The position numbers and the translations under genes were made by a program. Below, one piece after another: positions 41,391-55,581 of a DNA stretch of 64,000 nt. Within the stretch, counting starts at the first letter, position 1. Each line of letters opens with the position of its first letter. The notes beneath the pieces were generated by a model, which searched no databases, was not told where the DNA came from, and saw nothing but the letters and a program-made list of their open reading frames with translations. Source of the stretch: Tubulanus polymorphus (lineage: Eukaryota > Animalia > Nemertea); the NCBI RefSeq assembly GCF_964204645.1, contig NC_134026.1:25516150-25580149 (forward strand). The letters run 5' to 3'.

Positions 41391-44300
41391 CGAGAAATAT
41401 AATCTAAGAAAGTATATCGTTTGAGGCGACTTGATGCGGTCACAATAGGCGACAGTGTACTATAAATTTAAAAGTTAGGCATTCCATTTAACGATTTAAA
41501 ACAGCTTTTCCGGGATGTATTGTCACGATGAATAACTGTAGATTGGATAAGTCGTAATGGGAATAAGCTTCCTGAATTATCGCGAGAGGAAATACCGTAT
41601 AATATACCTATCACCTATATAGATATAGTGAATATTAAAAAAAACCTGACTTATTTTCATGTAGATAGATATGTCTGTGCCATATGATAAAATTATGTTA
41701 AAAGTGTTACTGCTGAAGAGCCATTAGCTATCATCTGCAGACTTCACGCTATTTTCGAAAACGAGTGATCGTCAACCACTTCACAACATGTGACTTTCAC
41801 AAAACGAGGGCCCATTCAAATATTTTTTGATTTGATTAAATAAAATTGTGTCCATTCACACATAGATAGGATCTATATTTGAAACAGCTAGTCCGCATTC
41901 GTATGCTACACGCAGAAATAGAATCATAGGTATTATATGTATGTATATATTGCGTTGCAATGAACCAATCTTTTCGCTCTGTCTTTTTAATTCGACAACA
42001 AAGACATTCTAAAAATTCCAACCAATTAGATCAAGATCAAACGCACCAAATTCAATTCGTGCTAGATGATAAAATTCAAAGAACTCGTTGCCCTAAGATA
42101 TGTATTAGTGCGCCGCAGAATGTGATCGAATTTCGTTTTTCAAAAAATTAAATATAACCTAGTCTATGCGATTGACTTGGGCGAAAGGTCACAAATGTGG
42201 CGCTTGTAAATTTCATTAGAAATGACATTATCCAATTTCCATGCGTTGAGATCAAACAGCCATTTGAATTGAAGAAAATTACATTGTCAGATATCATCTG
42301 GCCTAATGACTCGCTATGCAAACCATCAGTCGAGAAAAAACAAATTGAAATGAACTCCTCTAGCTGAAGTATACAATATCGACGTACAAGATATTTTTGA
42401 TTTCATTTCACAGCATTACAGGGCGACCCACTAAACATGGCCTTAGGAGGTGGTAAATTCCGAGAAACAATTTTTTCACACTCGCTCACATCAACACATG
42501 AAAATCAAATTTTTCGAAACTTTGTGCCTCATACCTCGAGGCGGGATTTTTTCGATTTAGCTTCGTCAGTAAAATCAACCTAAACCAGTTTTCCTTTCGG
42601 CATTTGAGGTTTTATTTTATTCAATTTAGTTATATACACATCGGCAGTGATATCTTAGTACATTTGAACAGACCTTTAATATCACAGACCTCGGGGCAAT
42701 TAAGGCCTTAGCTGAGGGGTCTCAATAAGAGAATAGAGTGATCAATGAGATGTAACTGCCTAAAGGAAACACCGTCACCTAAGGCTAAAATGACTGTTTC
42801 TGTTGGTGGAATATGCAAAATGAGTTATGTGAAACAAGCAGCTTGAACGAGCAAATCTTCGAAACTTTTAGAAAATCAAACAGCTCATCAATAACCAGTG
42901 ATACCATTCATGAAATATATATGTATATGAGATGGGAACGCCATACAGATAATGACTATTGGGAAGTATTGATGTTGATTAAGCGCCTGATGTTGACATG
43001 TTCTATCATGGAAATATTTACTTTTTCCATCGAAATCGCTGGAAAAAGAAAAAAGCCTTCCTGCTACACCTGTATCATAGTGATTTTTTGTTCTGTCATT
43101 ATTATAACAGATATCTCTCCAGTTCCTATTACGAACGCCAGCTCATGCTTTTTCTGGCCAGAAGTGTCTGTTTACATACGCCAATTATGTATATTGGCAT
43201 AAATGCCTCATAGTTTTGACAGTTCGCAGTTCAAATAGCACTCAACCGGGATTAAATTTTAAGAATCATACCACTGCCAATTGAAGGCACCCGTTTTCGT
43301 TTGTTCGCGGACAGATTAAATCTATAAAAATATGGCAGACACCACATCCCCCATCTCGATGCCAAGAGTACTTCACATGGCTAACGACGAATGGCTCGTT
43401 GTCGGCACGAAATTTAGATGGATCAACCAGATGTAAAATCAAACTAATTTAAATCCAATGACAGAGAGTTTTGCACCGAATAACCCCGAGGTATTAGAAA
43501 GGCACGAGTTGGTGTGACAGTTTTCGTGCTGATAGTCAAAACCCAGCTGACTTCATTTTTTCACTCGCTATAATAACCAAGCCACAGTATTCATTATATG
43601 AACTGGATCTCTCTAATCGGCAATATCGTGGATTTACTTGTGTAAACAAAAATTAGCTTTCAAGTTATGCATCACGGTTTGCCCCAGATCTTATTTATAA
43701 AAGGGTGTTTTTTATATCATGGCTAATCCGTAAAAAAGTCATTGAGTGTGGGAGAGGCGAGATGATCAGATCAAATTTCTGTATTGCAAGGCGTTACACA
43801 TCAATTTGTAGATTTCAAATCTATCTTTATAAACTAGAATCAGAATGATAGTATCAAGAGACTCCTTTGATATAAGACATTATATATAATGATGACCTTT
43901 CAGAGAGACAGAACCGGCTACATTTTGTAAATTTATGTTATAGTTTATTTCGCTAGTCGTTAACGGCTACTAATACGAAATGATACATCCACAATTGGTT
44001 TTTGCACGGCTATTGATTTGTCGAGTCTCAAACTGGTAAAATTCTGACAACGATATTGTCTGTGTCGGCTACTGGCTGTATATCTCAAAATAGAATAAAA
44101 AAATCCTATCATAAATTATTGGAAAAGAAAAATGGTTTTCATGCGCTGCCTCCTGGGCATTCATTGACAGACGAACGCCGAGTCCATTTATGACCAATTC
44201 CATTTCACTGTGAATGGACGCCGCAACCCGCAAAAAAATCCCGATGGCTTGACTAAACAATCTTGATATTAAATACTATAAAAGCCGAAAATGACTCTAC

Positions 44301-45821
44301 CAGGAAATGACCACTAATTTCACTAATGGAAACGCTAATTTCAAGATTTCGCCGAGACAGCAGCGATCTGTCCATATATATTAATTCGCACTCGAATGCC
44401 ATAAGCGTGTTACGGGACAGAATTCAATTATGATCCAGTAATTTTAACATTTCGAGATTACCTGCAACTATATATTATGGACGTGATAAGTAATGCATAT
44501 GGCTGATTAGTTTCTGATGAAAGTCACATTGATTTAATGTATAGAAAAATTATCACATATTGAGAAGGTTTTGTTCACACTCCTCATACAAGAAGATGGA
44601 TACTAATATAACTTCGTCTTGCCGATTCAAATATGTCCATGAAATTTATTCTACGCATATCTACTAATCAATTTTCAGTCATTTCCGACGAATGAAACCA
44701 GTCCAGACTTTTTAAGGCCGGACCGTGGAGGATTCGGCCATGGTTTAAAAAACGAATTTGTTAACATGGCATGGCGTTAATGGGTCAAAATGATCCACCC
44801 ATCAAAACGGAAATGAACTAATTTTTTACGGCCAATACCGAACGATTGTAACGCTTTGCGTGGTTTTTTTCGGTGCCAACAAATGGAAAAATCGCATGCA
44901 AAGGTATGAATTTAATGAGCCAGCACGACGTTGTCAATTTCCGATGCGAAATGCCCCTGGTCAGTTTTATGTCATTCTGCCACAGGTTCGACTCAATGAC
45001 AAATGTTCCAATTAGCACTTCCATTTCCCATTTGATGCAATTTATTTCTTGGCTACCTGGCAAAAATAGATGAATAATACGTGCCTTTAGGTGACCGATT
45101 ACTATATATAATATCATATCTACATTACTTCTTCATTAACACTATAGAAACGCCTCGTACCTCAAAAATCTAGTACAAAAACTCTACCAAATCATCGAAA
45201 GGCCACAAAGGTAATACCTAAAGCTTAGAAAATTGATACCTCGATTCTTCTTTCAGCTGAGCTTAAAAGTTGACCCGGCCGGCCGCCTATCTACCCTGTA
45301 GATTAATTTTGTTTTATTTCTCATCGTGATCGGGCTAACCATAACAGACCCGGCAGTTCTAGAAATGAACTGATTCGGCCTACAAATTTTATTGCGGTTT
45401 ACAAAAGTGACCCGGCCGATTAGATTTTGTTCAGCCAATGTCTGTATAGTTATCACCTTATAACGAGACCTAAACAACTGCGAATCTATCATAAAATCAT
45501 GACTTTCTAAAAGTATAATTTCTTTCCTGGTGTCGGTTTCCGTCCACGATTCCACTGCTGGAATACAACAAATAGGCTTTTTTCGAAAAATGACTTTTTC
45601 TAAGACTAATACAGAGAACAATGGAGATGTGTTATCATACGAGCCCGAAGCGATATATCATTAGATTATATCAGTGAACCATTAATTATAGACGAGCTTC
45701 CCGCCAGACGAAATTCAATTCGAAGGAGATTACGATTTCAACGCGGCAAAAGTAACAGGACACCGCGAAAAAAGTGTTTCTTTCGTTGTATCATGTGAGC
45801 CTTCGATTTGAAAAACAACTA

Positions 45822-45980
45822 CCGCCGAACCTCGTCACAACAAACTTTCAGGTACCAGGAAATCTGTTCGTTATAATCCACAGTTCGTTATATCCAGTAT
45901 GAAATCATCAGAATTGTCGTGTCTGGGATGAAATACTAGGTTTTTAATAACCGATAAATCGTTATAACGAGGTTCCGCTG
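45822..45980. mobile_element. pogo/Tigger-like (Tc1/mariner superfamily) MITE
   Basis: 20-bp TIRs CCGCCGAACCTCGTCACAAC / GTTATAACGAGGTTCCGCTG (16/20 match), TA on the left flank, internal TCGTTATA repeats at ~45878, ~45895 and ~45959. Confidence 0.65.
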
Positions 45981-48062
45981 ACTGTAATGCACATTTTTTT
46001 GTGTATTTTCTTCATTTAGCCTTCTACATCATATTCGTGTTCGATCTTAATAGACGGATGGCGCGTGGAAACCACGAGAAAATGGAAACGAGTTGAATTC
46101 GGGATCGTCTGATAGCTGAGCTCGGTCTCTCCAGTGACTGGAATGAAGAAACTGAAATAGAGAAACACATTATACGATCGACGAGTGTTTTATAAATGGA
46201 TATCGATTTGGAATGAAACTCTGTCAGTGATAGCTGACTGTCAGTTCTTATCTGCGTTCATTGTTGCCTAACCTTAAGCGAGGGGATTATTTTTCAATCC
46301 AAAACCATTTACTTTTCGCAGAATCTGGACGCTGGCAAACGCGGCCGGGTTTAATCTTCACGGACGGGTCTGACTGTGAAACCATTCAATTTGTACGGAC
46401 GTCGCGGCCGCGCGGGCGAAATCGAATTAAAATCTAATCAGGCGCGAAAGAAAACCCGGGTTCAGACGTTGGTCATTGGATAGTTTTTCACACCTTGGTC
46501 GCATTAATTTTAGCCGCAGAAAAATTTTGACATAAGATATCGCGAGTAGACAAAAGAAAAGAAGCGACGTCGCCGCATGATTATGCTTCATTTCGGATTC
46601 AAAACTGCTGCAAGCATGTCTCAGACAAAGTCATTAAATTCTAAATCCCAAGGCGCTGTTTACAATGGCCGAAGCTGATAAAAGCCCATTATCAAAGACG
46701 TCAGCCGATACGTGGCAAATCCTGACCACGTATTATCATTAATACGGCGAAAATATTTGAAAGATTGAAGACTTTAATTCATTATATTAATCCCTAGTAT
46801 ACAAAAATAAAACTCATAATACGTCTTTGCAATTCAACCAGTGACAGTCATGTGATTAATTGCCCGCTCGCCTAACACAATATTCGCTCGGTAGAAAGTG
46901 AGTCTTTGGCGTAAAATCTTGACCTTTCTTTTACACGGAGGTCTGATCGCCATCATGGGAAATGTTTTCAATGCAAATTTCGACGTATATTCAAGTTGAT
47001 TCCGTCAGGGAACAAAAGTGAATAGCCGAATACACAACGCCACTGACTATACGCGTATGAACCTTATATGATACCTTGGAGTAGTCAAATGATTACTCCA
47101 AACATGTTTTATCATTGGTGGAACCGTAAACGAAAACCTCGATTATACTCATGATTATCATTTGCTAAAGGCTATAAAAAACAAAAATAGATTGAGAATC
47201 CTGGTCGTTTTATTCATGGAGTCCAAAATTGGGTAACACTTTACCAGCCTTCGCCATAGAGAAAACAAAGCATCGGTGTATCCTTATCTTCGCCAAGTTT
47301 GCTCCCTCGTGAAATCAGGTCTGAGCAGTCATTTAGCTACCATCCTTAGTTAACCGATATTGTGACTTCGAAAGCACGACCAATTATAAGAGTTTATTCG
47401 ACGTTGTCATGGCTAACGCGTTCTTCGTCGCCATCTTTGAGTTGTTTTTCCTGGGTGTAAACTTGAAAACCGTTTCCGTTCATTATAAGCGAACGGTCCA
47501 TCGAATCATACCATCCCCAGTGCCCGATACACATCTTATATGTAGAATGTGATGATGAATTTCGGCATGATAACAAACAATCTGATGTCAATAACCTTGC
47601 TAGAATAAATCAGGCGTAACTACCAGACCACTGTTAGAAACTACAAACAACAAACAGCCAGTAATGCAGACATGGTTTTCCAATTCCATCCGATTTTGGA
47701 GATATGAAGCCAGACTGTCAGCATGTATGTACATGCTGCATAATTGCGCGTGATAAGGGAGATTTATTGGAAGATTCGAAATATGTTTATCTAGAAGGAG
47801 CCGAGTCTCGCGACACCTTCTCGCATCTCTAGACATTGAATGGGTCTCACAAACAAAATAACTTCCAACTTAAGAAATCTATATAAAGTATAAAACATGC
47901 TTGGTGTTTTTATCATCAAGTTGACAGTCAGTAATCTCGGAATACATGCATCCGTTTAGATATCCTACATATTGTCCCATCATAAAACTGCTTCATTGAC
48001 CACGGTACCTAACATGCGCTTCATATGGTACCTATTCATGCGAATCACAAGCAAATTCGGAC

Positions 48063-48355
48063 TATCGATAAAAACTTGAATTTTTGACCACGATGACAGA
48101 CAAAACGAACATTACTTCAGCCATTAATGAGACATCATGGCCCATTTGGATGTGAGATACAACTGACCGGTCATATTGATGAGTCTACCAACCGCATTAA
48201 GATCAATGCTCATCCGATTAGGACAGACTCGCCTCGATTCGGGGTCATTTTAACCTCCAATCATTTCTAGGCGCGTACGTTAATTTTTTGGTCGAACGCG
48301 GCGAATCGACTGGCCTATCGATAAAACTTAATGGACACAATCGGAGCCAATCAGC
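48063..48355. promoter_or_regulatory. Promoter-like motif cluster (two TATCGATA DRE-type sites and a CCAAT box)
   Basis: TATCGATA at 48063 and 48316, both followed by AAA(A)CTT; AGCCAATCAG at ~48345. Confidence 0.25.
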
Positions 48356-51300
48356 ATGAGGCCTTAGTGTTTCAGCGTAAATTTGCCATTATCACCACCG
48401 AATGGAGGACTAGCCATTTCATTGCACGCATCATTTCACTTTGGTGTTCCACTTGAGTTTGCTGATGGGATTTTGGCAAATTTCTCGCACGTGGATGGAC
48501 TCGCAAATAATTCATGGCAGGAAAGTTGGTCGGATTTCAGCAATAACCATTTGCTACTGTGTGAATCACTTTTTTCATCAGATGGTTTGCTTATAAGGTG
48601 TTCGTAGATGTAGTGGTCAAAATCGAGATTTATAGGAATTATAGGGTCTCCTCTAATGGACACAGCCATTCGTCAATCCGAGTTTCATAGGTTCTTGTAG
48701 CGACCGAGTTCACTGGTCGAGTCTTTCTTCCCCATAATAGAGCACTAAACTGCAACTTGCCAAACCACCCATAGTGGCTGGCGCTCAGCAAATTGTCGAT
48801 AAAATATTTTCTTGTTTAATTGCGATTTTTCATCAAATTGTTTGAGATTAAACATATGTTTGTGGTTAAGCGAGCAATTTGCATCACTAATTACACACAT
48901 AGGAACAAAAGGCCATTAGCAACTGTCCGTAATAGGCACTTTTATCCCTCAAGCTAGTTTTCAAAAAGTATCTACAGAAGCAATCAAAGCTAACTTAGGT
49001 ATGGCTTGAAACCCTTCAAATTGGACGCCCCGGCTGAGGGAATGACTCCTTTCATATGGTTGAACAATGCACTTTCAAAAAACGTATTGGCATATTCTTC
49101 GATACAACGAAATTAGTATATAAATAAGTGTGCCACAATTGTGGTTTTGTTGAACTGAAGTGTGCTTCATGGATGCTTCACCACATCACTGGACTCAACG
49201 ATAATGAGTTGACTTTGACACCAGAAAAAAAGCGTATTTTGCAGGTTATATGATGAAATCCCAAATACATTCTAGTATCTAAGGCAAGTCAGATGTTAGC
49301 CTGCGATAGGCAGTTTTTTTCAATTGAATTTAAGACGAGCGCAGAATACGTCAATGTACTTGATGACAAGTTGACGTAGTCCAATTTATGTGATCATCAT
49401 TGCGCGGCGTAACATCAACTTAGACGTTCAAATGAAGATAGATCACCCGAACGTAAATCCATAATTCATAATTTAACAAAACCCGTTATTAATAATCATT
49501 AATTAGTATTTATACGCTTTTTAACGAGACCCTGGTTTTACAGTATCGATTTTAAACATAGGAGAAAATGCGATTAACTGCGTTCACACTAGAGCCGACA
49601 GATTATAGTGGTAACACATTACCGACTTGTCTTATACAAGTCGATGCACTTTGTAAGTTTTAAAGCAACGCTAAGAAAATAGAGGCTAGTTGTAGAATAA
49701 CCACACTGAGGCTCGAGAAAACCAACTAAATACTACATGTATATAAAAAATTAAAAATCTATTTCGTTTTTAATGTTTTAAATTTGTATATATTATATAG
49801 CGGGTTTCCATTTTCTCAGGGGACATTTCTCATACAGGCACAGTAACGTATGCATATCATAGCATCTATAAAAAGTACATTCACTGCAAACTACTTGGTT
49901 TAAAAAGACGTACAGAATTTTCATAGCACAAAGCGATATCGCATTTAACTTTTTAAAAAAAATTGGACTGATATGTATAACAGTTCAGTACAGCCTGTAA
50001 CTGTGCGTTCAACTACCGACAATCCAACGTAAATACGCAGCATTAAATTTTTCTGATATTTTCCAAGCAAATAATATTGTTTGTTCATACCAAGTGAACC
50101 AAACGTTAGATAAACACCGCGGCCGTCTTCTAACATGCTACAAAATCCATTGAAAACATTTTATTCACGTGAAACTTTCCGATTGAAGATCGTGAATCCT
50201 GATGGCAAGAAATTCACGTAGCCGTCAAGAATTTCGAACATTTCAAAGGTTGGTTCATCGCGGAATGTTTACCTTAATTTGCTTGTTTAACGTTGGAAAT
50301 ATCGAATTTCTCGAGTTCTCGGAAGAAAAATTCGACCAACGCCCGGTCAGGGGGCGCGTGTACTTCAGACCGCTTGGAAAAACGACGCGCCTGGTCAACT
50401 GAACCCAGCTACCGTTGACCACGTGGGATTAATATGCTCAATGCAGTTCTCAAATGTTCGAAGATTAATTACTTCCCATGAACGCGAAGTCGCGAAAATA
50501 ATCGGGCTAGAAAATCTGTCAGGAGCAAATGACCACACGCGCAACACAGGCAAATTTGGACGCGTCATATCTCCAGAGCCTCATCAGTCCGGAAGAAAAA
50601 CTAGCAACTATATAAGGAAGTAATTTCGCGATAATTAATTACACAAGGAAGAGACCCGATGGCTGTGAACAGTCACCTAATGAAATTTGAATATCTGTGA
50701 AGTAGGGATTGTAGTCTGTCGGCGCGTCGTGTATTCATCCTCAAATAAATTGACTAATAACAGACGAATTGATTTGAATTTGATTCCGATGAATTCTGAT
50801 TATGAATTCTGGATACTTTCTCGCCGATGTATAGAATAATATCGTGTATACGAATACTGTAACTAATTTGATAGACGCGTCGACTGTATGATATTTGGGC
50901 CCTTTTCATTTTCAATCAGTAGCGACTCGGTGGTCAGAATTATTTCCGAATCTGGAAAGTTAATTCTGCGAGGAATTGTTAACGATGTACATGAATGAAC
51001 TCCAACCGATTCGGGCGTCATTATCGTAATTAAAAACAAATGCGAAATCAGCGTCAAATCCTGGTCGCAATTTCTTTCACGTGGGCCCAATCAGCGAGTA
51101 TACATAGAGTTGATGTTTGCATTGTTGACTGGTGTCAACGCCAGAATGACATTTAATTTTGATCGATGGCTACTGCAATAAACTCGCCGTATAACGAATG
51201 ATCGGTGGCTAGTGATCAGTTGCGTTTTCACTGGTCATCATCGGTAATTTAACTGTAAACAAATCACCCTCGTTTCGGGCTATTGCGATTCGAATCAAGC

Positions 51301-51454
51301 GGCCGCGTCATTACTCTCGCTGACCGAATCGATGAAGACAACAGTCGTTAACGACAACTGATCAATCAACCGCGTATTGTTAAATCCCAAACGCTGCCAA
51401 ATTTTTGATTCCGCAACTAAATCATAGAAAATAAACTAACAATTCACCATGTTT

Positions 51455-51538
51455 ATGGACTACTCCACTCTCAAGCACCGTGGGCATGTTATACGTATAT
51501 GCCCGCTGACCTTCGTCATGGACTACTCCAGTCTCCTG
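51455..51538. repeat. 63-bp-period direct duplication whose second copy is split by a MITE
   Basis: ATGGACTACTCCACTCTCAAGCACCGTG (51455) vs ATGGACTACTCCAGTCTCCTG|CACCATG (51518, resuming at 51685). Confidence 0.65.
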
Positions 51539-51681
51539 GGGCCGGTTCCATAGTGAGGGCTTAGACTTAAGACCGTTCTAAGACCAACTTAACTTAATTC
51601 TATAGCCAATCTAACAACTTAAGACCAGTCTTAAGATTTAAGACCACTTTTGGTCTTAAGTCTTGAATATGGAACCAGCCC
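51539..51681. mobile_element. PIF/Harbinger-like MITE, 143 bp
   Basis: 14-bp TIRs GGGCCGGTTCCATA / TATGGAACCAGCCC (1 mismatch), 3-bp TSD CTG (51536-38, 51682-84), internal TTAAGACC/GTCTTAA repeats. Confidence 0.85.
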
Positions 51682-54600
51682 CTGCACCATGTGCGCTGCA
51701 CCGAATGGTGCTAGCTGTAAATGGCGGAAAACATCTTCAAACATTTATCAACTTCATTAAACATGATTCCTTTAGGACAAAACGCAGAACAATAACGTTC
51801 AGGTGCGCACACCTCCGACACCAAAGACTTTCACTCTCTGTCAAGGATAAAAAATAGCTCTACCAGTCATTATTTTCATTTGATAGAAAAAACCGACTGT
51901 GGCGCTCGCGGACAAAATTCATTTCTTTACATTTTCCTGTTGGTTGGGGAAGTAATCACCGACCAATAATAGATACCCAACTTGATCAAAGAGACAATTA
52001 TTCTCCATCTGTAAACAAGGAACTGTCATTATTAAATATGCACAAACTTACACCTGAAGAAACGGCCAAGTCAGATATTTGCTGTTAATTAGGCTTCACC
52101 GACTATTACATTATAAGGGTTGGAATGAGTTCGGATCAGAAAAAATAGTAATCACAGATAGTTATTAGACACCTCAATCAAACTCAGTTCTAACGAATAT
52201 TACGATGAGTAAGTGGAATATGAGGGGATTTTGTGTATGAAGTAAATTGCACTGCACATTTTGACCCTGTCGAAAATACGAAGTTCTACACTTCCGACAA
52301 TGCATACCGCCCGGTGACGTCACGAGTAACTGGTCACATTAGGTCGTTATGCTTGGTAGTAAATCAGTTGGGCGTTTGGCTAAGCGGTCATCTTCGTTCG
52401 CTTCTAAATCCCAGCTTCCCGGTTTTACAAGCACGCGCCCGCGCCTTAACCACACCATTTTGGTGAGGATATTTCTGTTCTTTTTTAATTTTTTTAAATA
52501 TGTTTTATTTGTCTTAATTTTTCAATTTTATCACTTTACAATTATTTTGTTAATTCTAGTAATCCCCTATCGCCCCAGTAAGTGATACTCATGTAATAAA
52601 TCAACGATTTACCTTTTCCGAAAAAGCCATGTCGCGAACTTTATTAGAATTATCATACACGACAGTTATCATTTTGACGAAAGGCATAATGCGCTCGAAA
52701 AAGTCGAATTTGAAACAGCTTACTTTACGGAGACATTCGTCGAGGCTGTTTCACACAACCTGCAAACTTGTCAATTATTCTGAGGGGTAACGCAGAAGTA
52801 AACAAGTAAAAAAAAAACACAGTTTGGCAATCGTGTTAAATGAGGCTCTCTAATGTCTCATCAGTGCATAACAAGATCTTCCTGTATAACAGAAATTCCA
52901 CACCACGCCTAGCTTAATGGACAATGTGAATTTCCGGCCAGCCTTTCCATCTTCTATTGTGAGTTTCTGCAAAATTAAACACTTCCTGCACCTGACCGGT
53001 TGCGTTGAGACAGAGATAATGTATGGCGAACAGAAAAAAAGGCAAAAACAGTCCAACGGAGCTGGACACTAAAATAAGATTTACAGCCCAAACGAATTAC
53101 TTCCCATACGAAGGTTATGAAGTGCATCGCATACTCCCAGATAAATAAAATTGATAACTTATTTTCAGAGCTCGCGAGGCTCAAAATGGTGTTCTTTACG
53201 GACTGGGAAAGGTAACGTTGTGAAATTGCAGCTTGAAAAGATTTGTAATAACGACGTAGTCGGCATCTTAGCCAGGCTAATTCGCACGCAAACATAATGG
53301 AAAAAACACTGCAACCACTGGTCAGTTCGTGTTTTTCGCACATCTTCGCCAATAATTTCCATAATATACAGATTATAACTAAGCTCATCTGCACCTGGTT
53401 ATTGGTGAACATAAAACGAGAGAGGGACAGTTTCGTCAAAGAAAATCCAAATTGCTCTCGAGTTCGGAGGCAAAATTGTCAAACGAGCACCTGGTGTGAA
53501 GCAATGACCAACTGTAATGAACGTGGAATTATATAAAACCATTTGCCGTTCGCGCAGCTGAGAAGTGCAAAATGATAGAAATATTGTCTGTTTCGTTGGA
53601 CAGTTTTTCTAGTCGAAATGGCAGGCTGACGGCAAAATGTGCATAATATCAGTTTTGTCATTAATTCGCTTCGCTTCTGGGCAAAAAGTAAATGCAAGAA
53701 GCACGAACGAAGCCATTATCTGGACTGAATATACATCAACACTCACACATGGATTCGAAATCAATATTTAACTGAAAACGACAGTAAAATAAAATGATAA
53801 ATAAATTTTCTTTTCAAGCGATGTACAGCGTCTCTTAAATTATGCGATCAAAAAGTTCAGAGCATTTCAAATACATGCATCTGTTTTCTTTGTTGTAAGA
53901 CATAGCGAAGTCATTTGATTCCGTTTAACTGTGAACTTCAATTCGACTGGGGATGGTTGATCTTATTACTAACCGATAACATAACATACGATACGACGCT
54001 CTTCAAAGCCGTATTTCTAGTGAAAAGTTTGGAAACTCTACACCGATATAAAGTGTATTCAAGGAAAATTTGAATCAAATTACACAGCCAGTATCTTATA
54101 TCCCAGTCGGTTCATTCTCATTTTTATTCCTTCGTCGCTGAAACAAAGCGCGTTAAGAATGTGTCATTGAGATTTGTCAGCCGCTTATAGGTTTTAGATG
54201 CCAAAGTTGATGTAATGTAGAGTGGCATACACTCACATTTTGAAATCTTAGACATTACATGTATGCTATTTCAATTAGGTCTCCGCAAGAAGAATATTTC
54301 TAAGAAACGGCTTAAAACTTGTGTAATCTTCTGAAATTTCACGTCTGGATTTTTTTTCGAAAATATCTAATTACAGACGGCAGATGTGTAAACAATATCC
54401 TTAGGTGTGTAGCGGAAATCCATAATAATGTTTAAAAAAACGATCAACACATTTCATAATTATAATGTTATCCCGTACTGCACCTTATGTTCAAATTCTG
54501 CGCTGGAAAAGCAATGAGTCAATGATCATGTAATTGATCCAAATATGAAACAGAATTCATTAGCTTGCAGATTCACCATTCACAAAGAAAGATTCATACG

Positions 54601-54984
54601 CTTTTTAATGAACTCCCAACTGGATTGAGATTTGTGAAGATTTCCATAGTGCAGATCATACAAGATGCACAAACATGGGCAAACTTTCTAAGCAGGATCA
54701 GTGTCCAGTCAATGTCCAGTTGTATGAAGGCGGATTAAGTTCTTGTGAAAGTACACAATAATGTTTTCTCACAGCAACTAAGTAACTTGCTTGGATATTA
54801 CAGACCGAAAACGATGCCGTCGTCTTTTTCTTCGAAGACATAACATAACATGAAGTTCAACAGCAGGAAAACGATAAGAGAAATCCTCAACAACACAATC
54901 AATTCTACTGGACGTTCGCTTAATCCAAAGTCCGGCCAGCCTGGATTAAAAGGGATCGCAGCTTGATATAATCATTTCCTGGTC

Positions 54985-55290
54985 AGCTCAGACTGGGGAT
55001 TAAATTGATGTCCAGTTTACGGCTTGCAGTTTCATCTCAACGTCGAACAGCGAATAAAAAGAGGTGACAAAAACAATGTCGATTTGACTGGCGTGATTAA
55101 CTTGTCAACTAACTGGTAGCAGGATAGAGTGACGTTATTGAAACAGCGAGCTTAGGCCTAGGATTAAATTGATGTCCAGTTTAGAGCTTCTAGTTTCATC
55201 TCTCTCGTTTCGCCGCATGACAAATAAAAGAAGAGAGACAAAGCGATAAAAACAATACTAATGATAACATGTCGACAACTGGCGCATTAA
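54985..55290. repeat. Diverged tandem duplication A/A' (164-bp offset)
   Basis: GGATTAAATTGATGTCCAGTTTA is identical at 54997 and 55161, followed by colinear AGTTTCATCTC, AATAAAA, AAAAACAAT and ACTGGCG..ATTAA. Confidence 0.8.
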
Positions 55291-55581
55291 TTCATACAAT
55301 TCTACGACAATGTTTTTCAGGTTAAAAAAATGTTCGATACACATTTTTGGGTCAAGTTTTTTAATAACTCAACCACTTATTTCATCTCCCTTTTTCAAAA
55401 AAATCGTCTTGGGCTAAAAATGTATACCTTGATTCCGATTCATACACGCAATTCTCCAACAATGTTTTCCAGGTGAAAAAATCATTTTTGGTGAACATTT
55501 TTGGGTTAAGTTTTCAAATAATTCCACCATTTAATTCATTCTCCGTATTCAAAACATTCGTCTTAAAATGGCTTGAAAATG
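55291..55581. repeat. Diverged tandem duplication B/B' (~150-bp unit)
   Basis: CAATTCT..ACAATGTTTTYCAGGT..ACATTTTTGGGTYAAGTTTT..TCGTCTT..AAAATG occurs at 55291-55422 and 55439-55581. Confidence 0.8.

Noticed and set aside
45292-45312. miR-10-like TACCCTGTAGAT
   Set aside because: It diverges after 12 nt and no star arm lies within pre-miRNA distance.
46110-46126. tRNA A-box-like TAGCTGAGCTCGGT
   Set aside because: No B-box (GTTCRA) or cloverleaf follows.
47076-47101. 12-bp hairpin TTGGAGTAGTCA/TGATTACTCCAA
   Set aside because: Isolated, too short for a pre-miRNA, no other support.
54985-55581. CRISPR-like repeat/spacer reading of the duplications
   Set aside because: Only two copies per unit, the 'spacers' are homologous, there are no cas genes and the context is eukaryotic.
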